A DNA stretch of 64,000 bases from an uncultured virus (IMG/VR IMGVR_UViG_3300020472_002474). Taxonomy: Duplodnaviria; Heunggongvirae; Uroviricota; Caudoviricetes. The notes under the pieces were generated by a model. It was not told where the DNA came from, did not search any database, and worked only from the letters and a program-made list of their open reading frames with translations. The translations under genes and the position numbers were made by a program. The stretch is taken from IMG/VR virus record IMGVR_UViG_3300020472_002474. One strand, 5' to 3'. Shown here one piece after another: positions 40,604 to 50,182 of the stretch; within the stretch, counting starts at the first letter, position 1, and each line of letters opens with the position of its first letter.

Positions 40604-42085
40604 TTATGTGACTGAAATAAATTCGTGTTTATCTAAAAATTCTTCTTGGTTTATAACCTTATATTTTAACGAACTTAAACCATCATACTTAGGATCCGTC
40701 AATCCTTGTCTAACCTTGTTAAAAAATCTTAATTGATTTTCTCGTGTTTCCCAATGTGTGAACTTAGTTTGTGCCCATCCGTTTTCTTCGTGTTCTAAGC
40801 AAGTAAATTTACCATCTCGTCTATTTGGAATTAATGCAATACTACCAATTCTCAAATCTTTTTCTTTTCTTATTGCACCATGCACTTTTGCGTGATTATC
40901 ATGACCACTCTTATCAAGAACTAAATCACTAACCACATTATCAAAATTCCAATATCCAATTACACTTCGAGAAGATATATATTTTTCTGTTCCTTGTTTC
41001 CATCCACTAAAAACCTCACTATCGGTAACATTTCTTGGAAATCCATTGTTATATAAATACTCCGCCTCTGAGGGTTCTAAACAATTTTTCCAAAGAGATA
41101 TCTGAGCTACCGAACCTTTAAAAAATCCAGCATCTTCGTGTCTAGCACGAGGATTTGCACATCCAATATAATATGAAACATTATTAGATTCCCTCAACCT
41201 TCCGTGAAAATCAGAAGGTGATTCGTTTGTTTCTACACCATTAACATACATTCTCAATCGTTTTAATGTATTGTCAAAAGTATAAACAACATGAACCCAT
41301 TCATTAACTCTCCTATCAGAAACAACCATATATTGTTCGTTGTCTGTATTCCAAATTCCACCTTTGTATTGCATACCACTCGTATATGCAATTCCAACAT
41401 GATGACCTGGTCGGGTAAATACATGAAATTCATCATATTCTTTGTTCTCATCAAGTTCTATATCCTCACTTGGTTCTACCCAAGCTTCTACACTAAATGA
41501 TGAATTAAGAACCTTGTTCAATGAAACGGTGTTTTTTATTTCAAGATAATCATCTCCGTGAAATTCCATAACATTACTATATCGAGGTGTTTTATCTTTG
41601 GACGAAACTGTATATTGTTCTGCCAAAGGAACTCCTTTTTTTCTACAACGATAAAGTAAATCGTCATCCTCAAATCCCCAACCCCAATATTTATTGGAAT
41701 ATCCATTAATCCACTCAAAGTGTTCTTTGTTGAATATTGTTACTCCACTAAAATATTCAGGATAAACTAAACGATACTTAAATTTACTTAACCTTGCAGC
41801 AATATGTGTTGGTCTGTCAACCCACGAGTAATCGCAGGTATTATCTTCGGGTAACATATCCACATCATGAAAACAAAAATAATCATACCCTTGTTCTGAT
41901 GCAATTTTATATCCGATATTTAATAACCAACCACGATTAAATGGTTTTTCGTTTCCTTGTTCCACTACAAATATTTTATAATCTATCTCTTTATCAGATA
42001 GAAACTTATCCATATGTGGAACAAACCTACCAAGATGTTCTTCTCTATCTCGGTAGGGAACTATTATTGCAAGCTTTTTATTCAT
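40604..42085 (-). CDS. GT7 with inserted LamG domain, paralog B
   Basis: LAIIVPYRDREEHL, PFNRG, FHDVDMLP, NKYWGWGFEDDDL; LamG (FSVEAWV, WVHVVYT, MYVNG, YWNFD..DKSG); C-terminal GKFTCLEH...DGLSSLKYKV. Confidence 0.88.
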   Translation of the reverse strand: MNKKLAIIVPYRDREEHLGRFVPHMDKFLSDKEIDYKIFVVEQGNEKPFNRGWLLNIGYKIASEQGYDYFCFHDVDMLPEDNTCDYSWVDRPTHIAARLSKFKYRLVYPEYFSGVTIFNKEHFEWINGYSNKYWGWGFEDDDLLYRCRKKGVPLAEQYTVSSKDKTPRYSNVMEFHGDDYLEIKNTVSLNKVLNSSFSVEAWVEPSEDIELDENKEYDEFHVFTRPGHHVGIAYTSGMQYKGGIWNTDNEQYMVVSDRRVNEWVHVVYTFDNTLKRLRMYVNGVETNESPSDFHGRLRESNNVSYYIGCANPRARHEDAGFFKGSVAQISLWKNCLEPSEAEYLYNNGFPRNVTDSEVFSGWKQGTEKYISSRSVIGYWNFDNVVSDLVLDKSGHDNHAKVHGAIRKEKDLRIGSIALIPNRRDGKFTCLEHEENGWAQTKFTHWETRENQLRFFNKVRQGLTDPKYDGLSSLKYKVINQEEFLDKHEFISVT

Positions 42086-42405
42086 TACTTACCAAATAGT
42101 TTACCTACCACAGATTTGGATTCCGCTTGAGTTTGTCCTACATTTAAGGCCTTAGCAATTTCAGCTGCTATATCTGCTGCTGAAGCTTGTGGTTGTTGGA
42201 CTGCTGGTGCAACAGGACCGTCAGGTGTAACAATCTCTACATAATTTTTAATTATGTTATAGATTTCCCATAACTTCCAATCTATTGCATCAACTTTTTC
42301 TTCTAAATTAGACAGAGATTTTACTGTGATTGCACTAAGTTCATTACTTTCAGTAGATGTTCCTGCATCAAGTGCATCTCTTGCGTCTTTTGGTTTTGTA
42401 GCCAT
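42085..42405 (-). CDS. Hypothetical protein (coiled-coil AIDWKLWE segment, Pro/Ala linker)
   Basis: Strong AGGAG RBS; 106-aa ORF between two GT7-LamG genes. Confidence 0.7.
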   Translation of the reverse strand: MATKPKDARDALDAGTSTESNELSAITVKSLSNLEEKVDAIDWKLWEIYNIIKNYVEIVTPDGPVAPAVQQPQASAADIAAEIAKALNVGQTQAESKSVVGKLFGK

Positions 42406-42416
42406 AACTTTTCTCC

Positions 42417-43898
42417 TTATATTACAACTTCTATTATTTCGTGTTTTACTTCGTAGTCTTGTCTATCGACTATTCGAAATCTTGTTGATGATAATCCATC
42501 TGTTTTAATACTACTCATTTGATTACCAACTTTTTTATTAAATATATTACGATTTGTTACTATTTCAGGATTATCACTTCTTGTAAAATCTTCAAGAATT
42601 TGATATTCGAAATCTGCAGATAAATAACCATAAGCACCTTTTCTTCTATAAGGTAAATATCTTTCTTTATTACTTTTTAAAGATTTATTCGCGAATCCCA
42701 CATTATAAAATTTTGCATGATTTCCATTTCCACTACTATCAAAAGTAACATCATCATATCCACTTCTAAAATCCCACAATCCTACTGGTAGAGTTGAAGT
42801 TACATATTCACCTTTAATATTCGTTATTCCTTGATTAAAAATAGTTTCAATTTCATGTCTTGATAACGCCTCAGACCACAAACCCACTTCTGATATGTAA
42901 CCTTTAAAGAAATTTCTCCAAACTGATAAATCTGGATCACCTACTCCTATGTAATATGGTTTATTAAGATATGGAATTAGTTCTCCGTCATAGGATTCTG
43001 TTTTTATCTTAACACCATTTATAAATAAACTTAGAGTTTGTTTTCTATCATCTACGACCATTCCCAAGTGATACCAAGTTTCTGGCCGTAAAGGTACTTG
43101 TATCAAAACGGGCTCTCTTTCATTCTTACCCGTTGGTCTTACCCAAATAATACATTTTAAAAATCCACCATGAGTGTATGATAATCCTGTGTGGAATCCT
43201 GGTCTTGAAAAAATAGAGTATTCACATCTATTCTTATCGACACTTTCACCATAAGGTGGAATATCTTTTGCAAAAAACCAAGTCGATATGGTAAAATCTT
43301 TATTGGTTACATTTCTAATTTTTGCGTTATCTGCTAAAACTTTCATATAAGAATTTGAACCATTAAATCTACCATATGTTTTTGTTACTTCATTTTCCAT
43401 TTCAGTTCTAACTGGCAATCCTTTTACAACACATCTGAGTAGTATATCCCAATCTTCATACCCAACACCCCAATACTCATTTGAATATCCATTTATCAAT
43501 TTAAAATGCTCTTTTGTAAATAAAGTTACTCCACCAAAGTATTCTTCGTATGGTAAGGTAAAATCATTAAATTCTTCTACTTCTGATTGGTCTCCAAATT
43601 CCATTTGTTTTCTCATACTAACCAATGAAAGTGGTCGTTCTTCGTAAGTATAATTACATTCATCAGAAATTGGTATTAAATCTATATCGTGAAAACAAAA
43701 GTAATCAAACTTGTCTTTCATCAATTGATATCCGATGTTAAACAACTTACCTTTATTTAAGGGCCTATTTGATTTTTGTTTTATAAAAACTAATTTATAA
43801 TACATCTCAGAACTCTCTTTTATAGTTTCCTTAAAGTGGTCTGTAAAGTTTTTTATATGCCTCTCGTCATATGGAAGTATAACTGCTAATCTTTTCAT
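42417..43898 (-). CDS. GT7 with inserted LamG domain, paralog C (degenerate motifs)
   Basis: FHDIDLIP, YFGG, WGVGYEDWD; LamG insert; C-terminal DGLSSTRF; no His in the RRKGAYGYLSA segment. Confidence 0.82.
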   Translation of the reverse strand: MKRLAVILPYDERHIKNFTDHFKETIKESSEMYYKLVFIKQKSNRPLNKGKLFNIGYQLMKDKFDYFCFHDIDLIPISDECNYTYEERPLSLVSMRKQMEFGDQSEVEEFNDFTLPYEEYFGGVTLFTKEHFKLINGYSNEYWGVGYEDWDILLRCVVKGLPVRTEMENEVTKTYGRFNGSNSYMKVLADNAKIRNVTNKDFTISTWFFAKDIPPYGESVDKNRCEYSIFSRPGFHTGLSYTHGGFLKCIIWVRPTGKNEREPVLIQVPLRPETWYHLGMVVDDRKQTLSLFINGVKIKTESYDGELIPYLNKPYYIGVGDPDLSVWRNFFKGYISEVGLWSEALSRHEIETIFNQGITNIKGEYVTSTLPVGLWDFRSGYDDVTFDSSGNGNHAKFYNVGFANKSLKSNKERYLPYRRKGAYGYLSADFEYQILEDFTRSDNPEIVTNRNIFNKKVGNQMSSIKTDGLSSTRFRIVDRQDYEVKHEIIEVVI

Positions 43899-44740
43899 AC
43901 TCTATAATCTATGGATTTCTGTCTTACAATATCCCATTGGGAATAATCTTTAAAATTTTTCTTACCTCTCTCCATCATAAATCTTTCGTCTGTAATATCA
44001 ATTTTCATATTGTTATCTAATATATAATCAAACATTTTCTTGTATTCTGCGTGAAATGTATAATCTTCTTTTATACTAACCACTTCCTTTATTCTTCTCA
44101 ATACTGATAAATCCCATTTAAAATGATGAACTTGTATAAAACATTTTTCTATTGGATATCTCAAAGGATGATTCCATCTATCACCATAAGTATCTTCAAA
44201 ATCTATCCAAGCATAATGCTGTCCATTAGTAACAGGTATCTCACCTTTCATTACTACTGTTTTATTAGGACAGGCATTAGAAACAGGATGTCTAAATGAA
44301 CCAACTAATGGAAATTCCTTCCAAATATCACTATCATCATATACGGCTGGAAATTTTCCACCTTCACCAATTCTATCTAAAAATGCTCCTGTAATAAATT
44401 TATAACCATTTTCTTCACAATCTTCAATTAACTCGTGTATTGGTTTTGGGTACAAGTGAAATTCATCATCATCCGATACAATCCACCAATCATTTGGTTT
44501 TAATAACTTTGTTTCGTTGTATAACTCTGTAACTCTTTCCCAATTAAATGGTTCTTCGATAGTTTGTTTATGAATATCAATATTTAAATCACGAGTGATT
44601 TCTTTGACTTCTGATAAAACTCTATCTCTATCTGATGATAAATATACCACAACAAAAATATCATCTACAATATCTTTGTAATGATTTAGCATATGTCTTA
44701 ACATTGTGGTATTGTGACCACAAACTGTAACTAAGTTCAT
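43895..44740 (-). CDS. GT-A glycosyltransferase (GT2/Glyco_tranf_2_4-like)
   Basis: MLRHMLNHY..IVDDIFV, WWIVSDDDEFH (DxD), GQH, VHHFKW. Confidence 0.72.
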   Translation of the reverse strand: MNLVTVCGHNTTMLRHMLNHYKDIVDDIFVVVYLSSDRDRVLSEVKEITRDLNIDIHKQTIEEPFNWERVTELYNETKLLKPNDWWIVSDDDEFHLYPKPIHELIEDCEENGYKFITGAFLDRIGEGGKFPAVYDDSDIWKEFPLVGSFRHPVSNACPNKTVVMKGEIPVTNGQHYAWIDFEDTYGDRWNHPLRYPIEKCFIQVHHFKWDLSVLRRIKEVVSIKEDYTFHAEYKKMFDYILDNNMKIDITDERFMMERGKKNFKDYSQWDIVRQKSIDYRV

Positions 44741-46773
44741 AATAACTTTTTACAAGAATAATAAAAATCTTCCATCTCAGGAAAAGTTTCTATAAAGTTC
44801 TTTCCTCGTCTTTTATCAAACTCGTCAATAAACAATATAAAATCTCTCCTCATTTTCATTAACCATTGTATATCTTCTAATGGTTCATCAACCCAATCTA
44901 AAACCCGTCTTAGTTTTTCTCTTTCAAAATCATAATAACCACTATGTCCGTGTCCATAAATATGTGTATATTTTTCTTCTGCCAACCTCTCCATTAATTT
45001 CACATCTTGTCTAATCTTATCAATCCATTTTGTTGATAACAGACGAACTTGTAAAAATTCAGGATGTCTTATGTATGCCGTATCTAAAATTATTGCGTAA
45101 TGTCTATATCGTTTTCCATTATAGTGTTTCTTTTTTAAATCAAATACTTTCTTTATAACTCTATCGTATGTTGGAACACTCGTTAAGTTGTATGTTGCCA
45201 TTATTGTAGCTTCAGGTTTTTCACATTTGGTCAAAAATGTATCCAAATTATTCCAAAATCTTTTGGTATCCATTCCGTCTCTCATATATTCTGCATGTTT
45301 TCCCCAAGATTCTATACTTGTAAATAGTGCAAAATTCCAAACTAAATCTTTCTTTGTAATATACTGAACCTTATCAACAAATTCTTCAAACTTGTCTTGT
45401 GGTGCACATAAATTAGTATTTACTGACATCTCTAACATAGGATTTAATTTTGGGTTATCAATAATATAATCTAATACCTTGAAAGTATCCTTTGATAATA
45501 ATGGTTCACCACCAGTTATTCTAAATGTATGTAAGGTAGGAAATAAATCAGGCCACCATTTCCAAAATGCATCTCTATATGGATTTGGTTTGGTGTGTGG
45601 TATTGGGACAATATTCTCTCGTTCCATCCACTCGGTATTATTATACATCCCACTTGTAGGATAGTGTCCTTTTGTTTTAATTTCGTGTTGCCAATTAGAA
45701 CTACTTTTTACATCACAATAACCACAACTCATATTACATTGATTAGAAAAACTAACCTCTACATAACTTGGTTGAACATTATCACTTGGATTAGATTTTT
45801 TAATTCTATCAAAATACGGAAATGCCCATGCCTCACCACTTTTCATAACTCTATCACTAAATGAAGCAGGATTGGCATCTTCTACATTCCAACAATAATC
45901 ACATTCTTCAGGACGACCACCCTTTAACATAGTTTTTCTTTGTGCCTTTTTGTGAACTGTATTATGTAATGCTGATGGATTTACTTCTAATTCCTCTAAA
46001 GGAACAACATGAGGTCGTGGGTGGTGACAACTATGAGTTTGACCTGTTTGTAATAAAATACTTACTTGATTCCATTTTGCTAAACAGAAACCCTTACCTA
46101 CATCATTTAATTCTTCTTTCAAAACTTGCATATTTTCTAATCCGTGAATTGAAATCTGATCCCAAAATGTATCTCTGTTTGCTATCTTTTCTTCATCCTT
46201 TACATTCTTTTCAAAAAAACTTAAATTCATTCTATGTTTTAATTCTTCTTTAGGATCTCGAATTAAATACTCATCTTTTAATCTTGCTATTTCTCTGGCA
46301 ATGTATTCAGTATTAAATTTTTCACATTCTTCAAGTATTAATCTTTCTTGACATTCATCATATGGTGTTTTAATTTCATATCCACGTCCCACATAAAACT
46401 TTAATCCCTCATCGATGAATATCGTATGATGTTCATAACATTGCTCTAACCAAGTTATAAAATCTTCTAATTCACTTATAGAAGTTGCAACATAATCTCT
46501 TACTTTTTCTCTAATCCACTCAGTTTCTTTTTTTTGAAATTCTTGAAATTTAATTCTTAACCATTCTTCTGATGCGAATTGTCCTATACTTGGTTCTTGG
46601 TCAATTAAAAATTGAAAATGTTCCATGTATTTATTTGTATATGAATCTGATTTTTCTGCTATTCTCTCAGTAACCCAATCACGATGCTGTAGTTCATCCC
46701 AATGTTTAAATTCTTGATTTATAAAACCTATTTCTTCTGATGTTAATTTTTTAATATTATGCTTTAATATCAT
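44737..46773 (-). CDS. N-terminal twitch-domain radical SAM protein with ~220-aa helical extension
   Basis: FCLAKW..SCHH..RKTMLKG.RPEECDYCW twitch; NQCNMSCGYC; ITGGEPLL; SVNTNL; C-terminal D.RRG.NF..TFPE. Confidence 0.88.
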   Translation of the reverse strand: MILKHNIKKLTSEEIGFINQEFKHWDELQHRDWVTERIAEKSDSYTNKYMEHFQFLIDQEPSIGQFASEEWLRIKFQEFQKKETEWIREKVRDYVATSISELEDFITWLEQCYEHHTIFIDEGLKFYVGRGYEIKTPYDECQERLILEECEKFNTEYIAREIARLKDEYLIRDPKEELKHRMNLSFFEKNVKDEEKIANRDTFWDQISIHGLENMQVLKEELNDVGKGFCLAKWNQVSILLQTGQTHSCHHPRPHVVPLEELEVNPSALHNTVHKKAQRKTMLKGGRPEECDYCWNVEDANPASFSDRVMKSGEAWAFPYFDRIKKSNPSDNVQPSYVEVSFSNQCNMSCGYCDVKSSSNWQHEIKTKGHYPTSGMYNNTEWMERENIVPIPHTKPNPYRDAFWKWWPDLFPTLHTFRITGGEPLLSKDTFKVLDYIIDNPKLNPMLEMSVNTNLCAPQDKFEEFVDKVQYITKKDLVWNFALFTSIESWGKHAEYMRDGMDTKRFWNNLDTFLTKCEKPEATIMATYNLTSVPTYDRVIKKVFDLKKKHYNGKRYRHYAIILDTAYIRHPEFLQVRLLSTKWIDKIRQDVKLMERLAEEKYTHIYGHGHSGYYDFEREKLRRVLDWVDEPLEDIQWLMKMRRDFILFIDEFDKRRGKNFIETFPEMEDFYYSCKKLL

Positions 46774-47483
46774 TAAGTTGATTTCCTAAGTATCGTTAAT
46801 CCTGATGATGATAACTTTTCTGATTTATCTCTGTAATCAAATAAATTAAATACTTCCCATTTATTTGAATCAGTAATTTCTTTTACAACTTCACTTGGAC
46901 CTGAACATTCATCATGTTCTTCTCCATCATATGTTTCAAAGTTTTTCCAATAATTTTCGTCACTATCGTGTATTGATATAATTCCATTTTCATTCATTAT
47001 AGTAGAGTATAAATCAAAGTCAAGTTTACACCCTTCATATGTATGGTCGGCATCTATATGTAAGTAATCTATTTTAATATCTCGTTTAACAAAAAAGTTA
47101 TAAAACGCATCTTCGGTAGTGGAATTAATAAATCGTGGATTGAAGTTTTCTCTTAAAAAACTATCTTCATTTGACCAATCAACTTCACCATTAAAACCAT
47201 TTGTTGCATCAACTACATAAACCTCACCATATTTATCTTCACCATACATTTTAGTTTCATTTAATTCGTAAACACAATCAACCATCAATCTTGGAACATA
47301 TCCACCACCACTTCCTAAACACACACATACTCTTGCCTTTAAAAAATATGGAATTGAATAATAAAAGATACCAGCACCAAGATAGTCATCGTTTGCACCA
47401 TGAGTCCAACGATACGAAACTGAACCACTATCTTGATTTCTTGTTATTGAATCGTAAATCCAACCACGATTTAGTATTGACAT
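46773..47483 (-). CDS. Class I SAM-dependent methyltransferase (Methyltransf_24-like)
   Basis: VCLGSGGG, IDYLHIDADHTYEG, GIISIHD. Confidence 0.85.
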   Translation of the reverse strand: MSILNRGWIYDSITRNQDSGSVSYRWTHGANDDYLGAGIFYYSIPYFLKARVCVCLGSGGGYVPRLMVDCVYELNETKMYGEDKYGEVYVVDATNGFNGEVDWSNEDSFLRENFNPRFINSTTEDAFYNFFVKRDIKIDYLHIDADHTYEGCKLDFDLYSTIMNENGIISIHDSDENYWKNFETYDGEEHDECSGPSEVVKEITDSNKWEVFNLFDYRDKSEKLSSSGLTILRKST

Positions 47484-47549
47484 TTATAACCTATAATTAT
47501 CCTTAAATAAATATATAAAAAAAGTTCTAAATGGTATTATTTTAAGCTC

Positions 47550-48362
47550 CTATTCTTCAGCTGGTGCTTCTTCCACTTCTTCGACTTCTTCTGATGGATG
47601 TTCATGGTCATATATAATATTGATTAGTTCTGCCTCATCGTGTCTTTTATCTAATTCAATACCAATACCTCTACCGTATTCTTCTAATTCATCCTTACTC
47701 ATTGCTTCAAAATCTGGAACTGGTGGAACATAATCATCTGAAGTTGGATCGTCAAGATTACCATCTTCATCAGCAATAATAACACCTTCTTTTATAGCCC
47801 ATTCGAGTTGTTCCTTTTGATGTTGTTCTGCATCCATTGCTAAACCATCAGGCCAAGTATCTATTACTTCTTGCTCAGGTTCAAATCCATAAATTTTACT
47901 ATATTTCTCTTTCCATTCATCTTGACCACCGACATAAGCAACTTCCCAAGGTGATTCTGATTCAGGTATATCTTTCCATTCCATTATGGTAAACCCTTTA
48001 AACTGATTTTCATCAGATAATACTTTTCCCTCATCTCTATCTATCTGTGAAATACAATCTTGTTCTTGTGGGAATGCACATAATTCGTCTGAATCTCTCC
48101 TTGCCTCTACCCATTCAGTTAAATCTTGTGCCGAACAAAATTCATCATCTGGATTACCAATACCATATTGGACATGACCACCTGCCGTATTTAGATTTAC
48201 TTCTAATTCTTCTTGCCATGCATAAGGAATTTGGTCACAATGAGTGCCACATTCAAGAGGTTTGATGTATCCGTTATCTTCGCCTTCAATGAAAAGTCTT
48301 TTATTTTCATCTTGTGCTTCTTCAATTTCTACAGCTTCTTCCTGTATTACTTCTTCAGCCAT
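47550..48362 (-). CDS. Highly acidic protein with C-terminal HeH/Rho-N-like helical hairpin
   Basis: Very E/D-rich; DFEAMSKDELEEYGRGIGIELDKRHDEAELINII; AGGAG RBS. Confidence 0.6.
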   Translation of the reverse strand: MAEEVIQEEAVEIEEAQDENKRLFIEGEDNGYIKPLECGTHCDQIPYAWQEELEVNLNTAGGHVQYGIGNPDDEFCSAQDLTEWVEARRDSDELCAFPQEQDCISQIDRDEGKVLSDENQFKGFTIMEWKDIPESESPWEVAYVGGQDEWKEKYSKIYGFEPEQEVIDTWPDGLAMDAEQHQKEQLEWAIKEGVIIADEDGNLDDPTSDDYVPPVPDFEAMSKDELEEYGRGIGIELDKRHDEAELINIIYDHEHPSEEVEEVEEAPAEE

Positions 48363-48441
48363 GTTTTTTCTCCTAACATAAATTTTATTTTATTAACTTA
48401 TGTAAAACCATTTTATATAGATAAATATCAGATATTTAGTT

Positions 48442-50013
48442 TTACGGTTCAGAATCAGCTCCTTTGTTGTGAACTAAAACACCACCAGCAAAATATATAT
48501 CTAATGGTTCTACATCAAAATTTATTACTTCTACTTCACCATCAACCCATTCTATTGAATCAATAGCTATTAATTCTCCTGTATAATCTAATAATTTCAT
48601 TCCTGAATGAAAACCATCAGATATTTCTTTAGCAGTACACCATTTCCATTTATCTACATCGAATGTGAATAAATCGTGTTCTGCAGTTACCTTTAAATAA
48701 CCATTGTTTATATTATAATATCCTTCCATATAATCATAAAATAAATTCTCTACAAATGCTGTAGATTTTGTTCTCTTTACCAAACCTTCCAAGTCCTCAT
48801 CATCCATTGGTCTCATCGTAAATCGTTTCCATTCCAAATATCCTAAATCTTCATCAGGTAATCCTGGTAAATTCATTGACATTACCTCATCACCAACATT
48901 TATTTCTTCTATTGGTTTAGAACTTCCATCCGACATAACTATTAATGTTCCTGGTAAAAAACAGGCGATAGAAAGACCACCATATGTATCTTGTATCTCA
49001 ACAGTTTTTTGTATAGCGGTATTGTATCGTGTTGCGTGGTCGTTAAATCCATCACTTTGTTGGTCATCGTGATACTTTCCACTTATTGTTACATCTGTAT
49101 CACTAAAATTAGCACCTTCCCATCTTTCAAAATACACACTATCTAAATAAACATGATTAGAACCATCATCCGCACTTGCAGTAAATCTTAATTCTAAGGT
49201 TTGGTCTACATTCGGTGAACCACTTGTAAAAAAATCTTCTCTAAATAAAGACCACCCATCTGCGGATGAAGCTAAATCGGTGTATTCATTTTGATGAAAT
49301 GCACCACTAATCTGTAATTTTATATTATTTGCACTTGGTGCAGCTGACCATGCTACCGCTCTTATCTGATAAACAGAGTTACCCTTTACAGTAAGTGATT
49401 GGGTTACATAAGAATTTACTGCTTTAAATTGTATTGCCCTATTATCTACATCTTCTTCAAAACCACCAGCGGATGATGATGGTGAAGCATCTGGAGGATC
49501 ACTACCATATACAGAAGTTACTGCTGCTATAGTATCACCACCACTATTTGACCAAGAAAGAAAAGAACTTCTAAATTGGTGATTTAAAACTAAATTACTT
49601 TCCGTAACTATCGCAGCATCTGCACCTAAACTTGGTGATGTATTATCGGATATTGCTCCAGCATTATATTGAGTTGTATAATCTTGAGTTCCACTCATAT
49701 TAAACAAAGATGAATTACTTGTAGTCCAAGTAAAATTTTCTGCTCTTGTTCTTACACGAGTGTTAAATAAAGAATTACCATTTGTAAAAGTTACCTCGTA
49801 TGCCTCGTTTGTCTGTTCGTCTACATATGGATATCCATCTAATGTGGCATCAACAGCACCGACATAAAAATCACCAATACTTGTTTTGGCTGTTCCACTA
49901 TCTCGACCAGCACTATTCAAACTTGTCTTAGAAGTGTAATCAGAATTACCTACGGCAGTTGCCCTACCGAGTTTTCCTAATGATAATTTCGTTCCATTTG
50001 GTGGTGTTGCCAA
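48442..50013 (-). CDS. Tail-tip/adhesin-like protein: fibre-attachment-like N-terminus + CBM4/9-like domain + C-terminal Hint domain
   Basis: N-terminal LSLGKLGRA..TSLN..SIGDFY; central NLVLN..F..W..YVTQSLTV..YQI..VYLDSV beta-sandwich; Hint from CFLPGT (Cys 48961-48963) via TAEH to VHN (48466). TTG start with AGGAG RBS. Confidence 0.72.
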   Translation of the reverse strand: MATPPNGTKLSLGKLGRATAVGNSDYTSKTSLNSAGRDSGTAKTSIGDFYVGAVDATLDGYPYVDEQTNEAYEVTFTNGNSLFNTRVRTRAENFTWTTSNSSLFNMSGTQDYTTQYNAGAISDNTSPSLGADAAIVTESNLVLNHQFRSSFLSWSNSGGDTIAAVTSVYGSDPPDASPSSSAGGFEEDVDNRAIQFKAVNSYVTQSLTVKGNSVYQIRAVAWSAAPSANNIKLQISGAFHQNEYTDLASSADGWSLFREDFFTSGSPNVDQTLELRFTASADDGSNHVYLDSVYFERWEGANFSDTDVTISGKYHDDQQSDGFNDHATRYNTAIQKTVEIQDTYGGLSIACFLPGTLIVMSDGSSKPIEEINVGDEVMSMNLPGLPDEDLGYLEWKRFTMRPMDDEDLEGLVKRTKSTAFVENLFYDYMEGYYNINNGYLKVTAEHDLFTFDVDKWKWCTAKEISDGFHSGMKLLDYTGELIAIDSIEWVDGEVEVINFDVEPLDIYFAGGVLVHNKGADSEP

Positions 50014-50084
50014 AAAAGTTCTCCTAAAAAAGATACGCCTAAAAAAGACGACTATCGTCTAATACGCGTGCCGTGTTGTGTTTG

Positions 50085-50099
50085 TTCACTAATAAATAT
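50085..50099 (-). promoter_or_regulatory. Putative phage promoter ATATTTATTAGTGAA
   Basis: Exact copy of 3184-3198; upstream of 48442..50013. Confidence 0.55.
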
Positions 50100-50104
50100 T
50101 AAGT

Positions 50105-50137
50105 AGCAAGAAACTTCCGTTTTTGAGATTTCTTGCT
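50105..50137 (-). terminator. Stem-loop (AGCAAGAAA / TTTCTTGCT), possible terminator or processing hairpin
   Basis: 9-bp perfect inverted repeat downstream of 50183..51193 and just upstream of the promoter motif; U-tract weak. Confidence 0.4.
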
Positions 50138-50182
50138 GATATATAAAGTTAACACTTTATGTGTATCCCCGATCAATATATG

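Noticed and set aside
3221..47483. Bacterial O-antigen/capsule locus
   Set aside because: No wzx/wzy/wzm/wzt or priming transferase seen; directly linked to S74 tail fibres; no cellular housekeeping context. A prophage or mis-binned origin cannot be excluded from this window alone.
50014..50084. Possible tRNA/ncRNA or riboswitch (e.g. cobalamin) in the longest intergenic gap
   Set aside because: Too short, and no cloverleaf or riboswitch consensus was recognisable by eye; a covariance search was not possible.
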